This document shows, piece after piece, positions 10,476 to 22,514 of a DNA stretch of 64,000 bases. The stretch is from Lingula anatina. Its lineage: Eukaryota; Animalia; Brachiopoda. The stretch covers positions 4,650,001 to 4,714,000 of the forward strand of contig CM120640.1 of the NCBI GenBank assembly GCA_051362555.1. Direction: 5' to 3'. Under the pieces are notes generated by a model. The model was given only the letters and a program-made list of their open reading frames with translations, searched no databases and was not told where the DNA came from. The position numbers and the translations under genes were made by a program. The stretch's first letter is position 1. Every line of letters begins with the position of its first letter.

Positions 10476-13400
10476 ATGAAGTGCAGTGTTTACATGCTGA
10501 TGGTTACAGAGTGTATCTTCGTTTTGCTCCTCTGTTCATCATTAATACATAGTTGTGGCCTGACAACGCACACAGAGATAGGTAAAAAATTGGGTTTTTT
10601 CTTTTTGCAATTGTGCACACCATATGATATATGTGGCCGGAGGGGCGGGAGACCCCCCCCCCCCCCCCAACCCAAGGCTCCTGCACTTACATGTAACTGT
10701 TAAATTTTATCCAGTCATATATTCTCTGACAATGTATAATGCACACGAAGGAAATATAAAATAATAACAATAATAATAATAATAAGTATAATTAGTATAT
10801 AAATATGTATAATAATTAATAATTTAGAAAAATATTTGTGAAAAAAAAACTAATATTATTGGTATCATGTATGTTTGTGTATACTTGTTCTATTTTCTGC
10901 ATATACTGTAGCTCATAGAGCCTTAGAATATTTCAATGGCAAGACTAAAAGAGGGGATTACAAAACGGTAAGGACCATATTGATCAACATGATTGTCTGT
11001 ATTTTTACATGTTTAACTGCTAGCCCATACAAATTCTGTGGCCAGTGTTAAAATAGTTTCTTCAACAGATTAATAATATTTTAAAAATACATTTTTACCA
11101 AATGTTATGCATGTTAGCATGAATGTATAATAACAGTATAAGGAACATATATAAAAGCTTTTTTTTTCGAAAGACAACTATTATGGTTTATTATAGATGT
11201 ATAACTGCAAAATTTATATATTTATAAAATCCAGATGATGGTCAAACATCAAGATGCTTTTCAAGCAGGCAATCCCTATCCAGACACTTTTTTTGACAGT
11301 TTATGTTTCAAAGGTAACTAGAATATGAATATATAGAACTTCTTTGATTATTTACCTTTCATATTTTAATGTTGTAGAAAAATATCAAAATTATTGTACA
11401 TTTTTATTTTTTTTCAAAAGGTTTTGATTCCATTTTTTTCTTATTTAAGATATTATAAATTAAAAATTAAACTTAACTCTCAGGAAGGTACCATGACATA
11501 TCAGAAGACACTCACTGGGCCCCATTCTTGAATGTGACCATCAACTACATCAGGCAAAAATATCCATATCCATGGGACCAGGTAAGGACACTTTTTTTTT
11601 TATAATGGTTAATTCCTTCCATTTCTATAAGTATAAAGGATGAATTCACAGAGAAATACTGAGGTGGGTTTTGAGTTGGAAAAGAGTAAGTCAAAGGAGT
11701 GTATACATGTGAAGTACTAGTACAGTAGTGAATTCTCTCTCTCTGTTAATTTTTTTTTTCTGGCAAAAAAAATTCACCTCAAGCTGAACATTTTTTATAT
11801 TTAAGTAGGAGTTGCTGTGTTCTTTGTTTCTAACAGAAAACATATAAGATACTAAAATAAAGAAAATATAAAGATAAAAGTAAGTCAGTTTTTCTCTCTA
11901 TATATATTTAATTTTGCTCCCAGGATACAGAGAAGCTAATTGTGTTCATGTTGGGCTTTGTGAGCCATCAGATAGCAGACATCACATGGCACAGTCTGGG
12001 AATAGACCAAGGATTCCTAGAAACAATGGGGAAGGTAGTACTCTAGGTTTACTCATTGAAAAGTAAAAATGAATTACAAAACTATGACATTTTCTTTTCA
12101 CAATTCACACTGAAATTCCCTTCCTTTTTCATTCAGTACAATTAATCTGTTCTGCACAGAGAGATTTTTCCGTGCAGTACAATTATTATTTTGCTCAGTA
12201 CAATTATTAATTTTTGAACATTTTCCCAAAAGGTACAATTATTCAGACAACTATCTGCCTTTTACCCACTTAATTTAAACTGCAAATACATATTATGAAA
12301 ATGTTAAAAAAGAAAACGTTACATGTATGTTATTTGACATGCTGAAAAATGAGGCCACTATTTCCCAGTGAACTTGATGTGGGCACTTTTTTGTGTGGCT
12401 GTCATTGGGCTTGTCTTTACAATTAAAACATGAAAAATGACATGCTTTTCAAATGTCTGACATGATCAGAAAATGTCTGACATAGAGATGTTTTTATGTC
12501 AGACAGAAAATCAGGCTGGTGTCCAAAGTTTTTCAGGAACACAGGAATGTCAGTATATATGAAGTGTTAGTGGTGAATATACATTATCTGTAAACATTCA
12601 AGTTCAATCTGGTAATCAATGGCTTGTTTGAAAAATCTAAAGTGACTGTTATTATTTTATAAGAACATTTCAATTTGTGTTTAGATTGATTTCCATGGCT
12701 CATATGGTGATGCTCATAATGTGGGAGATTTTGGTAAGAAATATCTGATAGCCTATTTTAACAAGTACCATTTTATGCAGTGATCTTAATAGAAGTTGAA
12801 AATTAAACATCATCATTTATGTCATGATAAGAGTTAAATGAAGTTATTTTTAAGATTGTATTAAATTCAGAAGTTTTTTTACTTCTTTTTTAATTCCCAT
12901 ATCCTTGTTTTAGGCGGGGACATATTAAACCTATTTGAAATCAAGCTACAGTATATTCACTCTTTAGAGAATTGGTGAGTTTTGGTGGCCATTGGTTAGA
13001 TTTTGAAGAGTAGTACACGTCATCAAATTTCATTATTAAATGCAAAAAGGCATTTACAACTTATATAAATATACATCACATTAAATTGTTAATTTAAATG
13101 TGTTTATAATGTACAACACATTTGTGAACTATTTTGATAGCATTAGAAATGAAAATGCTTTATTTATTACATAGATTTTGACATCCTTACCTGCCTTTTC
13201 CTAGGTATGTACCTACTTTCGATCTCCAAAATATTTATAAGATATATTATGGAGATGGCAGAATGACTGCTGACACCATACTGGAATGTTCTGTGTTGAT
13301 GTTTCTTGCCAGGTAGGCCATTTATTTACTGATATCATTTAGAATTGAGATACAGCTAAAGCAAACATTTCAAACTGATCCTAACAACAATTCAAAGTTT

Positions 13401-16400
13401 TCAAAACGCATGTTTTTAATATGATTATGCTTTCTTTCAAGTATGTAGTTTTTAAGATAATGTATATATTTTTCTTTTTCAAAGAGCTGGAGAAAAGTTG
13501 GCAGTTTCTAAAGTAAGTACATGTTTATACATTGTAAGACCTTGTATAAACCCAGTTTGTACTTTATTGCTCAGATGCTAAAAGTTAGCAGAATGATGAG
13601 GTTTCTTTTATATATAATTCAAAAATAGTAACCCAAACAGTTTTATACCTGTACACATGTGTGTTCATACACATTTAAAGGTATACTGTGATGAAAAAAC
13701 GGGTTAAAACTATCCATTAGGTGCCCAAAAGTCATTTTTGAGTAATGAAAAAAAAAGTTCTTACGTTTATTTAGTTTTTAAAGCCGATTTTATGCAGGTG
13801 TGAATGTAGTTTACGATACTCCCGCGTGGTGGCGCTTTGAGGCGAGTGACGTCACTTGCGTCGAGGCTCAGAAAGCCATATTCGATTCAGCAAACTAAAA
13901 GCGATACACGCAATTGATTACTACATGATCATTTATAAATTCAAATTTTTGAAGATAGATACACAAAAGAAGATGAATTCCCTACGTGGTTATCATTTAT
14001 TAACCAACAAAATACACCAAAACTATGTTAACAGTAAAGGTTTGGAAGCAGGGCAGCGAACATAGTTTTTCACACATGCCCATCTGTCGCGTCGGCTGAA
14101 CGTTCTTATCCCGACTGATAAGAGAAAGTTACCTAATACATGCAGGTGTGACAGCTAACATTATTTTTCACACCCGTGCAGTTTACCAGTGTCATTCCAG
14201 GAGAGCCAGGTCAGTGGACAAAAGGCCAAAGATATCGCACTGATAGCATCGGACACTACATTTCACACCTCTGCAACTTACCTCGCTACTTCCGCCTTAC
14301 ACGTGATCAGTGCAGCAGTATGTCGAGTAAAAATTTGATTCCACTATCATGTTAATATTAAAGTTTTCACTAACATAACCAAAAAATTCGACAACGTCCT
14401 GCACACATCCTACAGGTAAGACTCTCGTCGGCAGCGCTCTGGCATTTACTGTCGCATTTTGGTACTCCGAAAAATCGAATATACTGGGTACAGCATCATC
14501 TTTTAGTTTTCTCCGTGCTTTTTCACCGAACAATTCAGCTCGCAGGTCACGTACGAAGCATTCCGGCTCGAAGTGGTCGCTACAGATCCTCGCGTGTTTT
14601 GACACTGTGCTGGGATTTTTTAACTTCAGAGAATTGAGCCAAATTTTACGTTTTGCGGCATCCGCAGGCAGGATATAACAGCAGATGTCTTTCTTATCGT
14701 AACCTACATTACGGCACCCGGGAGCAACACAACTTTGCGGCATTTTGTTTTTCTGACACCTGGATGTTTAGTCACCTACTGCATAGTATATACTATTACT
14801 AGTACAGCTGTGGGAAGCTACTACCCAGGTTACGTCACTTGAAACTGACCAATCAGAATTTTTTCATCTAAATCTCATCTTCTCTCTCTAAAACTTAAAA
14901 AGAACAATTTTTTGACGTCGATTTATAGTTTTTATACTGTAAAAAAAGCATTGAACGCTCTGTGTTCCTAGAGCATAGTAGGCCTTTAATGTCAGTGTAA
15001 ACTGTCTAAGGATGCATTCCCAGAGATTTAGATTGATCCAGAGATTAAGATTTAGATCGACCTAACTCCCTGAGGTTCACGCTAAATTGCAGTCAGCCGA
15101 GCGCGCACCATAGTTAATTACCCCCTTACAGCTTTTAGTAGGCGGGACAGACGCTTAAGCCGGCTAACCTGACAGTAATCTAGTGAGACTCCCCACAGGG
15201 ATAGATCGATCTAAAATCTATGGAAATGGGGTCTAAAATTTGCCCTAGATTGAAATTATTTAAGTAAATTTTCTGTCTTTTGATTAAGTGAATAATAACT
15301 TGCATGTTTCAGTTGTTCCCCACTTATGCAGAAAAAAGTCCATTCATGTTAAGCATGTTGAATGACTTCTTCCTAGGAGGGATAGATGACATGGCAGCGT
15401 GGACTGACAACTTGTGGCATACGACGTTGTACATGTTGGAGAATGGAACTGAGTAAGCTTAGACTTTGTACAGTCATGTAAACTTGTGATCCATATAAAT
15501 TAAAGAGCTTCTTTTAAATGGTTCATTTTTAATTGACCATACAATTATTCAAACATTATTTTGTCTTTTGCAGCCAATAATTTTAAATTTACAGTTTTTG
15601 GATTTTTAAAACATACTTGTATACATTATGTGTTTTAAGGGCTTTTTTGTTCAGAATAACTGCTAATCTTATTTATTTCAGATCTTGTCAAATTCCAAAA
15701 AATCCTCTTTATATAAATTGTGGCAATACTTCAAAGTCATTTTTGGATAAAAGGAAAGTGAAAAATGGTTTCTTTTCTAAACCTTTGATGCATGGTTTAT
15801 CCCCAAAAGATGTGCTAGTGAGGAAATCCAAACGTGGTGCTTATCTGACATTAGGAATGGAACTTAAGGTACTTGATATTTTGTAATGTTTCTGTGAACA
15901 ATATAACTAGCAATAATCTGTATTCTGACAATTATTTCTTAAGATATAAACAGGCAGTTTCTTTTCTTTTTTTAATTTTTAAATTTTTATTATTTTTTTC
16001 AGAAACGACTTAGACTAGCCACAAGAAAGATTTCAGATTCAACAATAAGAGCACAGCCCAAACAGGTCCAGCCCAAAGCTGTATACAGAGTCAATAGCAC
16101 ATATGCTAGATTAGGATGGTGAGATGGTTTTTATTATGATTTCAAACTCTAAATGCATAAAATAAGAATAGATTTTAAAATTATTTTATAATTGTACGGA
16201 GGGGAATGGTGGCATTTGGTCAGTATTGCATGGAAGTGTTTTGTTTGTTTCAAGAGCTATTGGTTTCCAGTTTCAGATTTTTTTTTTTTTTGAGACAGAA
16301 ATGGTTGTATTTTGGAGGGAAATTTTTGGTTTTTCAGTTGTGTTTCGTCTAGATGTACAGAAACCTTTACCAAGAATGTCCAAAAATTGACCAATATTAG

Positions 16401-19400
16401 AAATTTAGATAAAATGCAGTTCAAAATTTTCTTCAGGTCACTTTTAAATGGAGATGTTAATCATGATGGTTATGAAGACTTAATCATGGGATCCCCAGGT
16501 TATAGTGTGGAAGGAAACTATCAGGCTGGCAGGGTGTACATTGTATTAGGTAACTTATCTGGTTAACTCTGAACATTGATCATCTCATATGTGAAGATAT
16601 ACGTTTTAGCATTAAATTTAATTACCAGAAAGAACACTATTGAATTCAGAACAATTCTGTTTTGGACTTCTATTTCAGGTGGTCCAAATGGTCTTCCCAA
16701 GAAAGATCTAGATCTTAATAAGGAAGCCAACATCACCATTGAGTGTCCAGCTTTATGTGGCAGGGTGAGACGCCAAGGCTGAGTTTTATCCTGGCAGTAT
16801 TAATATGCAATGATATTATTGTGAATATTTTATTGGGAGACTAAACCATATATTGCAATTGTGTTGGCTTACTCCAAAATGCTATAAATATTTTATTGTA
16901 TTTATACCAGCCTCCTTAAACTGTGGCAAAATAAAAGAAACTCTAGATTTCCTAGCATATTATCTCAATTCTTCACTTGACCTTAAAATGTGATTTTTGA
17001 TTTCTTTAGCACTTTAGCATAGGTGCAAAAAATATATATTCATTTATCTTTTTTTTATTTTTAGCATTCACGGTTTGGCAGTGCTCTTGCTGTAGTGGAT
17101 TTGAATGCTGATGGGATTAATGACTTAGCTGTCAGTGCACCTTCAGACCTTACTGATTCTCTTAAATATTCTGTGAGTAAAACTTAAGATTTTTTGTTTA
17201 ATGTTATGGTAAAGCTGTGGCAAACCATGCCTTTAAATTATATTGTTGTATCATTGCAAATGGCCTAATGTTGTGTATCATCATGTGTATCATCATATGA
17301 TTGTATTTGATTCTTTGCTAAGAGGTTTTGAAAAAAGAATATTATGAAGTGTTGGTCAGTGCTCAATAAAATTCCTTTTTTCTTTTTTGTCAGGGTTCAG
17401 TCCATGTTTATTATGGACCACTTAAAGTTGGCATAGTACTTCAGGATCCAAGTGCGAACTACTCTTGCCAGGTGAGAACTTGTCCTTTTAACACCTTATA
17501 CAAAGACAACCAGGTGACAGGACTGTAAACATTAATGGCATTGGTCATATGAGTTGTACATCACAAATAAATAACTTTCATGGATCATTATTTTTGGTGA
17601 AAAGATAAATTGTTACATGGATAATATTTTCTTTTTCAAAATGACCTTAGGAGACCTACTGCAACTTTGGATGGACATTATCTGGGGGTGATGTGAACAG
17701 TGATGGGTTTGCTGATCTTGTTATTGGCTCTCCTTTTGCTCCTGGGGGTGGAGAACAAAGAGGCAAAGTGACTGTCATTTTGGCAAAGAAGGGAAAAATT
17801 GATAGTACGCACATTTTTAATTAAGTTATATTATTTTACCACTGAAAAAGTAAGAACTGATCAAATAGATGAATTGTAGTGTTATTGTGAGTTGTGAGTG
17901 ATCAGATGATTTACACATCTGTTGTATTCATTCTGAGTAATTCTCATGTTGAATGCAATATTACAGGGAACTAAACAGTTTTCTTTCATATTATTTTTGA
18001 ACAGGTGGGAAGTTTGATTGGGTACAGAATGGTGAACAGGTATATCTAAGAATCTGCTCTTTCATTTCTCAGAACACTTTTGCAAGGTCATTTCTCTACC
18101 AGTCTTCACTTTTTACACAGAAATCTTTTAGTTTTATGCCCAGTGCTTTACAATATACCAGTATCTTTGTCACATTTAAAGAAAAAAAATGTCATGCAAA
18201 ATAATTACACCTTCAACTGCAAATATAAGGGATCAAACATGTTTATGGCTGTCAGCAGACTCGGTATCCACAGTAACAATTTCACTTCAGGATTACAGTT
18301 GGTTTGGATACAGTGTTGCAGTGAAGAAAACTAGTCTAGCAGGCAACTGGTTGATGATTGGAGCTCCCACATTCAGGAAGTGTGCCCTGTAAGTTCGTTA
18401 ATTCATGAATTGCATGCACTTTGACCATTATTGACTTCCAAAAACAGTATTGATTTATTCCTGAACAGATGTTCTTTTTTTTGTGAATTATAACAGGTGT
18501 TTTTTTTTTTAAATACTTAGAAGATATAAATTCTTTATTATTTGCATTTCAGAGCTAACTGCAGTTTTAATGCCAAGGACAAACAAAGTGTGGGGAAGTT
18601 GTACATATATGTGTTGCCTACATACAAGCTGACATACTCGTTTATTGGCAGTGAAGAGCATGCCAAGTTGGGCAGTAGTTTTAGTGTGGGAGCACCCTTT
18701 GAAAAGTATACTGATATGTTAGCAATAGGCATTCCAGATATTGGTAATTATGATCACTAATGTTTTCCCTTTTTCTTCAGAAAAAGATTAAAATACTTGA
18801 TGAAATATAAGTGATACCATTGCTATAAAGAATGAATTGCATTGTTTTTTTGAAAAGAAATTAAGTTTAGAAAATAAATTGAAAACATGATCTGTAAAAT
18901 ATAAAACAGCCAAAATCTCTGTCATAGTTAAACTTGCCAATTTCTATGAAAAGTCTGCAAGCTACAGAAAATTTACATAGAAATTAGAAGGTTGGCATTA
19001 AATCCATGCACTGCCGAGTAATGCAATTATGAGAAAACATTAAATGAAGCAGTTCTGTGACATACAGAGCTATCACTTTGTTTTGTAGATGTCCAAGGTT
19101 CAGTCGTGGGGTATTCAGTACCATTTCACCAGGCAGGAGGGGTTTTGGTGTATAATGTTTCAAACCTTCTTAGAGACTACAAGAGACTAGTAACATCTTT
19201 CTCTGGTGATAGAAGATTTGACAGATTTGGAGTCACTGTGAAGGTAAGACATAAATATCCTGTAGAATATAGCAGGATAAATACTTTTAATGGGCCATAT
19301 TAATTGTGTTGCCATTATTTCCTTGGTGATTTTTAATATAGAATTGTATGGGCATTTTCAGTTGATATTTACATTCTGTGCAAGGCTCTAAATGTAATTG

Positions 19401-20665
19401 CACTTACATGTACACAGATTCCTTGAAGTATAAATGAAATTTCCCAAGTCAACAGGTTGTCACATATGATATTCTTGTATTAGTTTGCAGATTTAAATGG
19501 TGATGGTCTCGATGACTTTTTGTTGTCTGCACCACTGCGAACAGACGACATAACAGAAGAGCTGGAAGGAGGTATTTTCTCATCTTATTAGTTTTGAGAA
19601 TAGAGCAATTTTGAATGGCGTATTTAGCCTTGGAATTCTGGAATATTGGAATATTCAGGATATTGGAAATTAGTTTTGGAAGGTAAAATTCAAGTATTGG
19701 ATGTTGAATTTTTCTTAGAAATTTTTATTGAAGCAGGAAAGTTTTCAAATCTGTTTCCTTTCTTTACTGAATTGACCTGCATGTAATATATCATTTGACG
19801 GCTATTAATATGTGTGCATTTTTTTAAACAGCTGAACAAGGCACAGTGTATGTGTATTTAGACAACTTTCCTATTGGAAATACTACAATGAATGATTGTA
19901 AAGACAGCAGAGTGATACCATGCCCTGGTGAAAAGGTAATAAAGACACATTTGTGATCGTTCTATGGGGGTTGGGCAGGAAAATGCTAACTTGACTGTAA
20001 ATGTGTGCTACTTATTCTTTTACTGTTGCATTAAACGCTTACAACATTTGATTATTTTATGACACAGAGCAGATATGTTAAGTCATACTTGTAAAATTAA
20101 TTTCAGTTTAATGAAGTATTAACAATGGGTTAAATTTTATAATGAATCTGTTCAGGCATATGGTCAGTTAATATTTGGTGAAGACCAGGCTAGATTTGGG
20201 AAGGACCTTGCAGTGGTGGCAGTTACGGCACAAAAGGTAACCAGATTTCAACTTTGGAAGGCGTATTTTATATCAGTTAAAATTTCATTCTTTATTTGTC
20301 GGTAAATAAATTATGTTGAAATGGTTTCAACCACCCCCAGTATGTAAAAGGGATAGATTAATGCTGCAGTGAGATAATCTGTGGGCATATCAAAAGATTT
20401 CTCTTACTGTTTGACTCATCATGTTCTGAAACACAACAAATATTCAGGCACTTATTGTTACCACATAATTTAATGTTACTTGCTGCTGGACTTCTTTTAT
20501 GAATGCTCTCCTATGTGTTAAAGTTAAAAGTAGGTGTAACTCCTTTTCAGCTCAATAAATTATAAATGGTTTCTCATTTTTCAGAGAGAGATAGCTGTGT
20601 CAGCTATTCACAGTTCTAGCACAGCTAGGCTAGGAGGAGCTGTTGCCATTTACACTCTTCAGTAA
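10476..20665 (+). CDS. GPLD1: Phosphatidylinositol-glycan-specific phospholipase D (GPI-PLD), 25 coding exons
   Basis: Signal peptide then CGLTTHTEIAHRAL; Zn-phospholipase motifs (AGNPYPD, SEDTHW, SHQIADITWH, FLGGIDDMA); FG-GAP repeats (GDVNHDGYEDL, DLNADGINDL, GDVNSDGFADL, ADLNGDGLDD); C-terminus SSTARLGGAVAIYTLQ*. Exons: 10476-10581, 10912-10967, 11235-11313, 11484-11581, 11924-12034, 12685-12733, 12914-12974, 13205-13312, 13485-13512, 15313-15452, 15682-15868, 16003-16118, 16437-16549, 16679-16764, 17065-17172, 17394-17471, 17651-17804, 18005-18039, 18291-18388, 18553-18743, 19089-19243, 19484-19571, 19832-19935, 20156-20236, 20585-20665. Confidence 0.95.
13679..14985 (-). mobile_element. 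Kolobok-like internally deleted DNA transposon carrying a THAP ORF (GPLD1 intron 9)
   Basis: TTAA on both sides (13675-13678, 14986-14989); AG..CT termini; imperfect TIR AGGTATACTGTGAT vs AGGCCTACTATGCT (10/14); internal THAP ORF. A TTAA target with a THAP domain is the Kolobok signature. Confidence 0.75.
14297..14743 (-). CDS. THAP zinc-finger domain protein (transposon-derived, no catalytic DDE domain), 148 aa
   Basis: MPQSCVAPGC..P....RKIWL..ARICSDHFEPECF..LKDDAVPSIF: complete C2CH THAP with the conserved P, W, F and AVPTIF-like box; intronless. Confidence 0.8.
   Translation of the reverse strand: MPQSCVAPGCRNVGYDKKDICCYILPADAAKRKIWLNSLKLKNPSTVSKHARICSDHFEPECFVRDLRAELFGEKARRKLKDDAVPSIFDFSEYQNATVNARALPTRVLPVGCVQDVVEFFGYVSENFNINMIVESNFYSTYCCTDHV
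15010..15233 (+). mobile_element. PIF/Harbinger (Tourist-like) MITE, 224 bp
   Basis: TAA on both flanks; imperfect ~30-bp TIRs (GGATGCATTCCCAGAGATTTAGATTGATC / GATCGATCTAAAATCTATGGAAATGGGGTC); near-identical inverted copy at 63779-64000. Confidence 0.8.
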
Positions 20666-22514
20666 AGGAGAACTGTTCCGTTTTAATACATTAAAGCGCA
20701 CCCAAACCCAACTATGCAAAAAAAGGTTCACATTCCCTTACAGATCTAATGGTTTTGTGCAATATTGGACCATGATATTTCAAATGTGATATTTGACAGG
20801 TCATTATTAAGTTATAATTAGCTCTAACATATGTATTGCTCTATTATTCAGGTAAACTGAACATACAAACCTGAATTAAAACAGATTTTCAGGTTGTGTA
20901 TTGTGAATACAGAGGTGTTGGCATCATGGCTCCTGAAGCCAGTTGTTGCATTAAGTTGACATCCAAATACTGATCATGGTACCCATTCCAGTTATTGTCT
21001 GTGATTGTTTTGGCAATTTCTCAGTGGAAACTTAGCTTTAGCTTATATTTTTATAGCATTTTATAAATGAAATTTTGGCCAGTTTTGTTGAATCAGTATC
21101 AAAATATTTCAAGAAGAGATTATCATTTAGGGCACATGCCTATTCAATTTTGATTATTATTAATTCCCATTTTTGTTTCTGACAAATTCATGTCAATCAT
21201 CTGTTTAGACATCTTTTATCTCTGGACATCCACTTGTAGTTGTGTAATTACTGAAGATCTGGTTCGATTTGGGGCACAAATCAGAATACTTTCATATACT
21301 TTAATTTTCAATTTTTTATTCTTCCCGCAATCTAAAAGCATTAAAATTTGTGGCACAAACAAGGTTATTTTTCACTGAATTGTGCATTGTTTTATTTTTG
21401 TACAGCATATGAAAATACAAAATGCACATGGTAATTAGGAAACACTTGGTTTAATCATCAGTTTTCACATTGACATGATGATGATGTCTACAGCTATATA
21501 CATCAGACTTGAGCACAGGTAGATATATATGTTATATATTATATATAGATATATAGATTCTGCTGTACACCAACATTAAGTGTATAAATGCATGTACCTT
21601 TATTGGTATATTCATACTTAGCAAAGAGTCAATGCACTGAATGGTGTTTATGTTAACCTGCCACCAAAACACCATGAAATAATTACCACTACCACCTACG
21701 TGTGGCTGTCTCCTTACCAAAAAAATATGCAAAATATTGTGAAGGATACAAATGTTACTAATTTCACAGATATACATATAATAATCTATGTTATGGAACA
21801 ATCTTTCAATGTACAAATGAATGTACAGAAGTATATGGCCACACCTATAAACAGTATATACATGAATGTGGTGACCATTTTGATTTATATTCCATAGACA
21901 CCTTTGTACATGATTGCAACATAATGCACCAAATTTATTTGCACACTTTGCCCCTAGGGACAATATCTCGTATGTTGTAAAAAAAAAATTAATATATTTC
22001 AACAGAGTTTTTATTAAAATAAATGTCAATCTCTCAAAGTATCTGAAAAGGTGTTCTTTTGTAATTTAATAAAATAATATTCCCCAGTGGCAATAACTTC
22101 ATATTTTGTCTACGGACTACGACACCAACAGTTTGACAACCAAGGCACCCACATTTTACTACAATGGTACACAGGTTTTCTATATACATTATTCTTGAAC
22201 AGCAAACACGCTCCTGATAAATAACACAACATGTACCATTTACTCCTGCTGCATCTTGAAGAAAAACAAAATATTGGCAAATAGTTTGGGTTTGAAACCA
22301 CACACTGATTGTTAGAAGTGCCTTGTAACAGGTCAGCTTTTCTAAAAAAAAATCCTCTCCATGGATGGATGACCAATGCTGCACACATCAACCCTGCAAA
22401 ACCCTCTATATACCACTACCACTACATCATATGGCCCCAATGTAGAATGAGAAGTTTGAAGACTAGATTTGTTCATTAAGTTCCTGTGGGATTTGTCACA
22501 GAGGGCACCAAGGG

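Noticed and set aside
12100-12550. Short GTACAATTA and TGTCTGACA repeats suggesting old hAT MITE ends
   Set aside because: Too degraded; no matching TIR pair or TSD could be defined.
21532-22391. 93-165-aa ORFs downstream of NCOA6
   Set aside because: AT-rich 3' UTR composition with no recognisable domain or splice structure.
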